Positions 39,870-64,000 of a stretch of DNA of 64,000 bases are shown piece after piece. Source of the stretch: the human T2T-CHM13v2.0 reference genome, Homo sapiens; assembly GCF_009914755.1 (NCBI RefSeq), contig NC_060936.1. The stretch is one strand, 5' to 3'. The first letter of the stretch is position 1. Each line of letters begins with the position of its first letter. Made by a program: the position numbers and the translations under genes. The notes under the pieces are model-generated. The model was not told the DNA's origin and ran no database searches. It worked only from the letters and a program-made list of their open reading frames with translations.

Positions 39870-40528
39870 GAGGTGCAGGTCAGGCAGAATTCCTGTATAA
39901 GTTTTTTGAGAGTACCTAGAATTTAGATAAAAATGTTTCCTGTGATCATGCAGTTTCATTTTTCTTTTCACAAATATAAGAAAGAAATATCAAGTAATAC
40001 AATTTATAAAATCTAAATCAAAGTAATTGAAGATAGGAAGATGAATTAATAAAAAGCTAACAATATCTACTCAAATTCAATTTTTAAAAATTATTTTCAA
40101 ATAGGTAGAGTAATTCAAACCAGTTAATGAATTTGTACCTGAAATCACCACTCAACTTTCTCTGACTTAGGCTAAACAATTTTAATTCCATTAGTCTTAT
40201 TTATTTTTATGATTTGAACAGTAATTTAATTTTAAATTTTTTTGAGATGGTCTCAAAAAATTAGAAAAAATGTAAATTTGTGCTCAATATAATGAAATCA
40301 TTATTCTGATAGATTTTTATTTCAACTTTATGTTTTATAATATCTCAGATTGAAGATAGTTTCCAAGATCCTTAGGTAACTTAAAGCCTTGGGCAGATAT
40401 TAAATTGACTTAATAGATAATCATCAGACACCAAGATAATTCCTAAGTAAGAGAGAATACTGAAACATTGGCTACTTGAGCATTATTTTAAGTGTATATA
40501 CATATAGTTTTGTTTTTTCTTCTTCTCA

Positions 40529-40632
40529 TGTCAGATGGGTAATGTGCCTACATCATAACAAGCTTTAAGGGTGGTACATCTCACACGTGAGTGTGAAAAC
40601 CCAATCACCATGCTTATGAACTTCAAAAGGAT
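40529..40632 (-). pseudogene. U13 snoRNA (SNORD13) retrocopy
   Basis: Reverse complement ATCCTTTTGAAGTTCATAAGCATGGTGATTGGG...GGCACATTACCCATCTGACA, followed by an A-rich tail. Confidence 0.9.
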
Positions 40633-40668
40633 AAAAAATACATAAACTTGCCTGGGCATGGTGGTTCA

Positions 40669-40975
<307 letters not shown>

Positions 40976-41072
40976 TTAAGCTTATTTTTATATTTTACAG
41001 AGAGGTTATATATTTTGGTCATGTTAATGAATGTGCTCATTTACAAAGTTTCCATGCTGTGAAAGAGGTTCT

Positions 41073-41625
41073 TGTTAGAAACAAATGCTTGTTCCTCAGT
41101 GCTGAAAAGAACTAGTGCTCAGATAAAGAATTTTCTCAGCAAGGCAATTTTTACTTCCATAGAAGGGTGCAACTCGTGGATGGAGCAATGGCAAGAGCAC
41201 ACCTGAACAAGGGAGGGGAAGGGGTTCTTATTCCTGATGCAGGTAGCCCCTACTGCTGTGTCATTCCCCTGTTGGCTAGGGTTGGACCGCACAGTCTAAG
41301 CTAATTCCAATTGGCTAATTTAAAGAGAGCAGGAGTACAAGTCAGAGTGGTGGGGTGAGTAGTTTGGCAGGAAGGATGGTTACAGAACAGGTAAGTCAGG
41401 ACGGAGCAGGTGACCAGGGGTGACTCAGGTCAAAGCAGGTGACCAGGGGAACAGATGTGAACTACTGATTAGAACAAGTGGGAAAGTTGTTTACTGAAAC
41501 TAGAGGCAAGGGGGTGAAGAGAACCAAGAAGTTAAACTTTAAAATGGAGAACAGAGAATAAGAGAGCTGAACATACTAACATACTGATTCCTTGAAGAGA
41601 AGCTTGGAGTTCACTATATCTAACA
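41073..41625 (-). mobile_element. Solo LTR10 (HERV-I family)
   Basis: Minus strand starts TGTTAGATATAGTGAACTCCAAG; TG..CA ends; perfect TSD TTCT. Confidence 0.8.
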
Positions 41626-42970
41626 TTCTTTTCAAGCATGTTGCTTTCCATGTCTATTATTTAATGTTTTATTGTCACTTTGACTCACTAGGTAACCAGG
41701 CATTGTTTCTCAGGCACCCATGATTCTCTCTTAACCAAAAGTCAAAATCTCCTTTAATAAACACTTGATTTTTGCCTTCCCCAAATAAGATTCTAATTAT
41801 AAGAAAGAAATATATTAAAATCTCAGGATATATTTTATACCTAAAACATCTTTGAGATTTATCAGCAGGCTCCTAAAAAAAAAAAAACACAAAAATGTGG
41901 TCTTTCAACTTATGAAAAGAGGAGGCTGGAAATAATTTGGTCTATTTACTACTGTTTCACGGGAAGAATTGTCAAGTCCAAAGAGATGTTCAGTGTTCCT
42001 TAGCTTAAATTTGTATAGGTAAGTTCTTAAGTAAGTTGTATAACATAAATATTTCAGAAATTGTTTTATGGGAGATTTGTCAATGCTTTTATTGCCTATG
42101 TATCAGTCTTGGGGGTGCTTTGCCTTATTATATTAGACAACTGAAATATGTGTTAGCAATCATAATTTTTTCTTTTTTTTTTCTTTCTTTTTTTTTTTGA
42201 GACAGGGTTGAGCTCTGTAGCCAAGGCTGGAGTGCAGTCGTACAATCTCAGGTCACTGCAACCTCTGCCTCCCAGGCTCAAGTGATCCTCCCACCTCAGC
42301 TTCCTGAGTAGCTGAGACTACAGGCACATGCCACCAGGCTAGGCTAATTATTTTTACTTTTTTTTGTAGAGATGAGATCTCGGGCCAGGTGAGGTGGCTC
42401 ACACCTGTAATCCCAACAGTTTCGGAGGCCAAGGCAGGTGGATCATTTGAGATCAGGAGTTCGAGGCCACCCTGGCCAACATAGTGAGACCCCCCCAATC
42501 TCTACTAAAAATGCAAACATTAGCGAGGCTTAGTGGCAAGTGCCTGTAATCCCAGCTAATCAGGAGGCTGAGGCAGAAGAATCGCTTGAACCTGGAGACA
42601 GAGGCTGCAGTGAGCCAAGACTGCTCCACTGCTCTCCAGCCTGGGTGACAGAGGGAGACTCCATCTCAAAAAAAAATAAAAAGAAAAAGAAAAAGAAATA
42701 AAGAAAACAAAGCCACTTCTACATACCCTACAAAGCCTCCATCACTGTAAGGTGATATGTGATTACATTGATGGTTGTCACACAAACAAGGGGACATATT
42801 TGTGTATGTAAAAGGAGAGATGATGACAGGTGTGATAAAAAGAAACTATGAATAGTGCTAGTACCAAAAGATTACATACCAAAAGTACTATGATTTCTCA
42901 TTTCCCCCTTTCTCTCTTATTGATTCATTTAGAAATCATAATCTCGGCTGGGCGCAGTGGCTCATACCTA

Positions 42971-43662
<692 letters not shown>

Positions 43663-43743
43663 TTAATTCAACTTGGACTTAAGTAAAGAGGGCAAAGTGT
43701 TAGAGAAAGGAAGGTGGTTTCTTCTTCTTTTTCTTATTTGCTT

Positions 43744-44256
43744 ATAATGGAGTTCAGGACATACTACTCCAAAATAGGGCGCTTCACCAGATTATTTTAA
43801 GCTGAAGGAACTTGAGGAATGACATGTACAGGAAGCACTTTTGACCTTTCTCTGAAGCAGGTCATAAAATCTAGGAATAATTTTCTAACCTTCTTTTGAT
43901 GCAGGTCATAAAACCCTCATGCGAAAGATGCCCTCCCTATATCCAGAGGAAAGGATAAAGTATCTGAACAGTTAGGCCTGTTTAGGCCTAACTTTCTCCA
44001 ATTTGTTACACTGAGCTCATACTTTTTCTTTGTCCTATTATATTTCTCCATGACTTTCCTCTCTTCATCAAACCAAGCATAAAAACATTCAGGTTTAACC
44101 ACTTCTTCAGATCTTCCTTTCCTTACAAAGGCTCCCATGTCACATAAAAAATAAATGTGTATGTTTTTCTCTTGTTAATCTATCTTTTGTTACCAGGGCC
44201 CCAAGCCAACGAACCTAAGATGGGTAGAAGGAAAAGATGTATTTCCTCCTTTATAC
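43744..44256 (+). mobile_element. MER34/MER39-like ERV1 solo LTR
   Basis: ggagttcaggacatactactccaaaat start; similar to the LTR at 22214; AATAAA near the end. Confidence 0.6.
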
Positions 44257-44737
44257 TTTTAAAAATTAAAAAAAAATTCAAAAATAAAAATCTCTGTTTA
44301 AAAAATGTCTCTTTCTAAAGATCACAGCGTGTTTGTGAAGCCAGAGAGGACCACTCAGGAGCTAAGCAAGCCTAATTTACACATCTGTGCGGGGGTAAAG
44401 AGTTTTCTAAAAGCTTTTCCACTGTGAGCACTGAACAGGGCAGGAAGGCTTAATCCAAAGAACATGCTCTCAGTGCCTGTAGAAAGAAAAGAAGCTCTTT
44501 TATTATTATTATTTTTTTAAAGACAGAGTCTCGCTCTGTCACCCAGGCTGGAGTAGAGTGGCATAATCTTGGCTCACTGCAACCTCCTCTTCCTGGGTTC
44601 AAGCAATTCTCCCTGCCTCAGCCTCCTGAGTAGCTGGGATTACAGGCACCCATCAACATGTCCGGCTAATTTTTGTAGTTTTAGTAAAGATGGGGTTTCA
44701 CCATGTTGGCCAGGCTGGTCTTGAACTCCTGACCTTA

Positions 44738-44845
<108 letters not shown>

Positions 44846-44950
44846 TTAGCAATTTAGTTTAAACATGGTATTATTTGAAAGAAATATTTTTTTGCTTTAC
44901 ATCAGAGACATTTTTACAAAATTCAAAAACTGGCTGGGTGCGGTGGCTCA

Positions 44951-45346
<396 letters not shown>

Positions 45347-45724
45347 CTATAAAATAATTTTAAAATTTTCTAACTGTCCTAAAATAAGCTCAAAGTACGG
45401 TGAGTAAAATTCTATTTTGCATGGCTATTTAGCTTATTTAGGTTGAAAATAAGTTAAGATTTCTCATGTTTCATATAACATTGAATTTGTTTTTAGGACT
45501 GTTTATGAAAGTTGAAAGAACTGCTTTTATCCAGACCCTTTTTAGCACAGGCAATAATATCTAAGTAATATATACCTGAAAATAATTTTAAAAGTCCAAA
45601 TCAGGAAACATAGTTTTTTTTCCTAAGAATTGCCAACAAAAAACCTTTGGTATAACAATATATCACACCATTTATATACATTTGATAAATCAACTCTTTT
45701 AAGTGTAATTGCATAAAATTATTA

Positions 45725-46937
<1,213 letters not shown>

Positions 46938-47076
46938 GCAACTAGCTGTCTTTTCTCCTTAGAAACTGGGGCTGGGGAAGTTGGAGTTAGTTGCAAATGG
47001 TCTCCTAAATTCTCACTCCCTGTCATAAATTATAGTATTTTGTAATATTTGGCCTAAGACTTGCTTTGGAAGGAAC

Positions 47077-47964
<888 letters not shown>

Positions 47965-48150
47965 GTGCTGAATGTATAACCCTCAAGTGGTTTGGAACCA
48001 AGTGATGCACCAGCTACTATTCTTGAAATAAAATCTGGGCACTGAGAAAACTCTAAAACAACCATGTTACCTGCTGAAGGAAAACAAACATGCTAGCTCC
48101 CTAGCCAGGTGCACCTTCTCTCAATCTGTGAGGCTAAAAGGATAGGTAAG

Positions 48151-49602
48151 TGTGCAGGAAAGGGTTAATTCAGCAGGGTTGGGTTGTTTAAACACTGTAC
48201 ATTCCAAAGAAAGGCTTGAATCAGGACTGGCCTTTGACCCACGAGGGGGATATCATCTCGAAGCCTTGGAATATTCTACTCCATAAAAGTGTTTTGGGGC
48301 ACACGCTAGGGGCCCCTTTGCGAGGAGGAGGAAGAGGGGAAATGGTTGCCAGAGGAGTTTCTTGAATTGTATTCTTTGGAACCAGCACCTACTATGTTCT
48401 CAATGCCGTGCCACCTATAGATGATCATGGGAATAGCCAGAGTAGTCACGTACAAATCTTTTTGCGGAAAAAGGTGCTTGAATGTGTGCCTAAATGTTCG
48501 AGTTTAGCACGAGGCCACCATTGGAACACTGATGACAGATCATGATGCGGTCGTCCTTTTGGATCTTTTTAATAATGTGTGACCCTTCACCTTTAATCCC
48601 CTGACCTGCATTACCTTGGTAGCCATTTCATTTTTTAATTTCATTTTTTACTTTTGGTGTACAAGCTGTAACATTTCATCTATCAAAGTGTAACATGATG
48701 ATTTCCTCAAATAGATAACTCCTTTGAGCAATAAATTTGCAAAATGCTGTCTTCGTTTGCTGTATTAAAATTCATTTCCGTTTTTTCTTTCTTTTTTTTT
48801 TTTTAAAAAAGAGTGTTGGGCCAGGCACGGTGGCTCACGCCTGTAATCCCAGAACTTTGGGAGGCCGATGTGGGCAGATCACTTGAACCCAGGAGTTCCA
48901 GACTGGCCTGGGCAACATGGGGAAACTCTGTGTCTACTAAAAATACAAAAATTAGGCGGGTGTGATGGCATGTGCCTGTAGTCCCAGTTACTTGTGGGAG
49001 GTCGAGGTTGCAGTGAGCCGAGACTGAGCTACTGCACTCCAGCCTGGGCAATGAGAGTGAGACCCTGCCTCAAAAAACAAAACAAACAAAAACTTCTTAA
49101 ATTTAAAAAAAAAAGTGTTTTTGCATGTCTGAAACCTTGGACCATACTGTACCAGTTGGACCAGATAGGTTTATCCTGACAATGTGATTTATTGTAAACA
49201 CCTGTTTTTGCTCAAGGGTAGGGAGCAGTGAAGAGGCATTGGGGGTGCTGGCGTCTGAGTAACTGAAGTCACTCAGTCACTCATGCAGGCCTTGCATGCC
49301 TATGGGACTAATGGAACACCAAGGCTAAGGTGAGCTTCCCTGGTTGGCAACACTTTGTACATGTTGTCGCATGTTGCTGGGAGAAGTAAGCAGGTCTATG
49401 CTGCTCCACTGAAAAAGGACACTGTCAGTTTGTACCTAGTTTCTCTTAGATTTCATCCCATGCACCTTTTCCCTTTACTAACTTTAATCTGTATCTTTTC
49501 GCTGTAATAAATGTAGCTGTGAATGTAAAAGCGTTTCTGAATCCTGTGAGTCCTTTCAGTGAATCATCAAGCAGGATGGCAGACTTGGGAGCCCCCTACA
49601 CA
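48151..49602 (+). mobile_element. MER77/MER68-like ERVL LTR interrupted by a retrocopy and an Alu
   Basis: tgtgcaggaaagggttaa...cctacaca termini; 5-bp TSD gtaag/gtgag. Confidence 0.7.
48296..48800 (+). pseudogene. Processed pseudogene of the short CAMTA1 isoform
   Basis: 48378-48545 translates GTSTYYVLNAVPPIDDHGNSQSSHVQIFLRKKVLECVPKCSSLARGHHWNTDDRS*, matching the CAMTA1 N-terminus. Followed by a 3' UTR with ATTAAA. Flanking repeat aaaagtgtttt. In-frame TGA at 48363. Confidence 0.88.
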
Positions 49603-49898
49603 GTGAGATAACCATACCCAGGCATGAGCCGTTGGCTGCCTAGACCACTCTCACCCCGCCTCCTTTGGGCACTGCATGGCTTTGTCCTACCCCAGGCCTA
49701 GAAGTCAGAGAGAAGTCAGCCCACTGCCCCATCCTTCCTCTTTAAAGGATTCATAAAAATTCTATCCTTGTGGCCAGATCCTCTCCAGCATGAAGATGGG
49801 GAAAGGAAAATAAATGAAATATTGAAACAATGTCACATAGAATATAAGAACTAACATTCATTGAACACTCATTACATGATCTTTTATGTGCTTTATAG

Positions 49899-50135
<237 letters not shown>

Positions 50136-50459
50136 TAGTAGAGATGGGGTTTCACTATGTTGGCCAGGCTGCTCTCCAACTCCTGACCTCGTGATCTGCC
50201 CTCCTCAGTCTCCCAAAGTACTGGGATTACAGGGATGAGCCACCACGCCCGGCCGCTATTCCCATTTTATAAGGGAATACAAGGAACCTAAGGCTCAGAG
50301 AACTAAGTTACTTGCCCAAATTGCCACTGCTAATGAGTGGCAGACCAGAGATTCAAAATGAAGCCTATGCTCTCAACTTACACAAACTGACGCACAAAAT
50401 ACAAAACAGCAGGGCATGGTGGCTCATGCCTGTAATATCAGCACTTTGGGAGGCTCAGG

Positions 50460-52045
50460 TATATATAATATAATATATTCTATTATATAATACAATATAT
50501 AGTTTATATAATATATAATATATAGTTTATATAATATATATAATATATAGTTTATATAATACATATAATAAATATATAATGTATATATTATGTATAATAT
50601 ATAGTGTATATATTATGTATAATATATAGTGTATATATTGTATTATATATAGTGTATATATTATACATTATATATAGTGTATATATTATACATTATGTAT
50701 AGTGTATATATTATATATTATGTATAGTGTATATATTATATATTGTATATAGTGTATATAATATATAGCTTGTATAATATATAGTTTATATTATTATATA
50801 TAATATATAGCTTGTATAATATATAGTTTATATATTATATATAATATATAGCTTGTATAATATATAGTTTGTATAATATATAGTTTATATATTATATATA
50901 ATATATAGCTTGTATAATATATAGTTTATATATTATGTATAATATATAGCTTGTATAATATATAGTTTATATATTATGTATAATATATAGCTTGTATAAT
51001 ATATAGTTTATATATTATGTATAATATATAGCTTGTATAATATACAGTTTATATATTATATATAATATACAGTTTATATATTATATATAATATACAGTTT
51101 ATATATTATATATTATATACAGTTTATTATATATTATATACAGTTTATATATTATATATAACATACAGTTTATATATATTATATATAACATACAGTTTAT
51201 ATATATTATATATAACATACAGTTTATATATATTATATATAACATACAGTTTATATATATTATATATAACATACAGTTTATATATATTATATATAACATA
51301 CAGTTTATATATATTATATATAACATACAGTTTATATATATTATATATAACATACAGTTTATATATATTATATATAACATACAGTTTATATATATTATAT
51401 ATAACATACAGTTTATATATATTATATAACATACAGTTTATATATATTATATAACATACAGTTTATATATTATATATAACACAGTTTATATATTATATAT
51501 AACATACACTTTATATATTATATATAACATACACTTTATATATTATATATAACATACACTTTATATATTATATATAACATACACTTTATATATTATATAT
51601 AACATACACTTTATATATTATATATAACATACACTTTATATATTATATATAACATACACTTTATATATTATATATAACATACACTTTATATATTATATAT
51701 AACATACAGTTTATATATTATATATAACATACAGTTTATATATTATATATAACATACAGTTTATATATTATATATAACATACAGTTTATATATTATATAT
51801 AATATACAGTTTATATATTATATATAATATACAGTTTATATATTATATATAATATACAGATTATATATTATATATAATATACAGTTTATATATTATATAT
51901 AATATACAGTTTATATATTATATATAATATACAGTTTATATATTATATATAATATACAGTTTATATATTATATATAATATATAGCTTATATAATATACAG
52001 TTTATATATTATATTATATTATATTATATATAGTTTAGTTTATAT
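50460..52045. repeat. AT-rich minisatellite/VNTR (mostly 25-27 bp units, e.g. tatatattatatataacatacagtt)
   Basis: Seen directly; gives the spurious repetitive ORFs 51099..51432. Confidence 0.97.
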
Positions 52046-52105
52046 ATACAAATATAAAGAAACTAAAATACTATGGGTCTAAAAATAAAATTGCTTCTAT
52101 TATGA

Positions 52106-58130
<6,025 letters not shown>

Positions 58131-59075
58131 AACAAAACCTGATATCCATGTAATGGAAGTGCACAATGTAGAGAAAAATTTGGAGATCAACTGGGCCACA
58201 GTTTTGAAATCAGTGTAAGACCCAGCAAGTGCTAAATTGTGAGACATCTTTCAGCTTCCATGGTCCTTTCAGGACCCAACTTCTCTGCACAGCAAACTCT
58301 AACTCTCCAGTCTCCACTAAAGGAAGGAAAGCAAGTAACAAATTATTTGTTGTAATTTAATGAGTCACCTGATCTGAGAGTATTTCAAAGAATCTAAAAG
58401 AGGACCAATGGTAAACCCAAAGGATTGAATCTACCGATAATTTTTTTTAGGGGGTTAAAATTTATTTATATGTTTTTTTAATCTTCTCGTTCATGTTCTC
58501 TCATGAAAATCTACTAACACAGTGGCCAATATATGAAAACATTCTGAGTAGCTTTTCCCCAAATTAAACCACATTAGCAATTACCTTCACATTGTACATA
58601 AGCTTAGTCTTAAGTAGAAACTATTTTTCCATTTGGAACTTGGCAAACCCTCTCATTTTCATAATTAAAAACCTCATTGCCATCTCCACCAGGTGGTCTT
58701 TTTTTCCATTATATTCTACCTGGGCTTTAGTGTACCAATCCCTAAGGAAGTCTGGGTAGATGAGCTATTTTTAGAATCTATGAATATTGCTGGCATGAAT
58801 GATCCATCTACAAATTCCCAAAAGAATTACCAGTTTTGAGAATTAGGCAGTGCCTCATCATAATATGGAAAATTATTTCAGTGTTAGGCTTGAAAAATCA
58901 TTGCCTCGGGGTCTGGATACACAGCCAAGAAAGACTAAAAGTAAAAATCTTTCAAATCCTGGCCCTAGGAAAAGGATGCTACATCCCACCTGGGCCTTTT
59001 CAGCTAAACTGGTCCTTGAACCTCATCAACAACAGCAAAGACACCAGTCTGGGCTTTGAAGGATGACAATCTTGA

Positions 59076-59333
<258 letters not shown>

Positions 59334-59509
59334 TGAGTAGCTGGGATTACAGGTGCCCACCACCATGCCCGGCTAATTTTTAAATTTTTATTAGAGACAG
59401 GATTTCACCATGTTGGCCAGACTAGTCTCAAACTCCTGACCTCAGGTGATCTGCCTACCTTGGCTTCCCAAAGTGCTGGGATTACAGGTGTGAGCCACCA
59501 TCCCCAGTC

Positions 59510-62200
<2,691 letters not shown>

Positions 62201-62849
62201 TAAAATGTTACTTTCAAAATGCAAAGGAGTACCTCTTATTTCTTGGTTTCCCATATTTTGTGAATAAATCTATATTTATCTTATCCGTTATTCTTGCTTT
62301 CATAGCCTTGATTCATATTTCTTTTATCAGCTTTTAATTTCAGAGAAAAAAAGACCCCTAAGCTTTCAGCAGTTGATTATCTAGTTTCTGATTTGTTCAG
62401 TTCAATTCACCATAAGTATTTTTGAGCTCTTACTACAAAGGCCAAAACTGAAACATACAAAATGTAAGATGGGTTTCTGTTTTCAAAAGGCTTAAAGTCT
62501 TGCGGGAATTCAGGCAACCAAAAAAAATTTTTTTTTATGATCTACTAGGTACCAAAGGAGCTGTAGCCTAGAGATTAGAGCACTGACTCTGGAGCCAGAT
62601 GATCTAAATTCAAATTCTGGTTCTGCCACTTAATGGACAACCTTGGGCAAATTGCTTAAATTCTCTGTAATTCAGGTTTCTTGTCTGTAAAACTGAGCTA
62701 AGAATATTATCTGAGTTGTTATGAGGATGAAGTTCCAAGCTAAGCACTTAGAACAGCATCTAACTGGCATACAGTAAGCACTCAATAAATGTCAACTATT
62801 TGAGATGGTCATTAAGTACTGCTCACAAATATTACTGTTTTCCTTTCTT

Positions 62850-63865
<1,016 letters not shown>

Positions 63866-64000
63866 CTGTCCTTACAATCACTGGGAATATAGTAGTGAAT
63901 CAAATTGACAAGATGCCTGCCTTCATGAAGCTTCTTAAGACTTGAATGCAATTTCATTTTTTTTTTTTTTTGAGACGGAGTCTCGCTCTGTCTCCCAGGC

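Noticed and set aside
51099-51432. Repetitive ORFs (MLYIIYINC)n and (KLYVIYNIY)n
   Set aside because: Translations of the 27-bp minisatellite; no coding evidence.
50460-52045. CRISPR-like array
   Set aside because: Tandem units without unique spacers, no cas genes, eukaryotic context.

Overview
Human (primate) repeat-dense genomic DNA. Three in-frame minus-strand exons with canonical splice sites (37666-37828, 15734-15806, 3370-3775) join into one open frame that I recognise from memory as internal exons 2-4 of C12orf56. The rest of the window is intronic. It holds a near-complete HERV-L provirus with MLT2A LTRs, solo LTRs (LTR17, LTR10, two MER41, MER77-like, MER34-like, MaLR), a truncated MER61-type ERV, a full-length Hsmar1, L1 fragments, more than 45 Alus, a 1.6-kb AT-rich minisatellite, a U13 snoRNA retrocopy, and processed pseudogenes of ATP6V1E1 and of the short CAMTA1 isoform. 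Best leads: (1) a perfect 35-bp hairpin created inside the ATP6V1E1 retrocopy, with one arm antisense to the parent mRNA, which could be a de novo small-RNA source; (2) a sense-oriented HERV-L whose 5' LTR keeps DUX4, TATA and splice-donor motifs; (3) an inverted MER41A/MER41B pair with independent Alu insertions at the same site; (4) several template-switch scars. Family and gene names come from recall, not from database searches. I found no clear multi-gene novel system.
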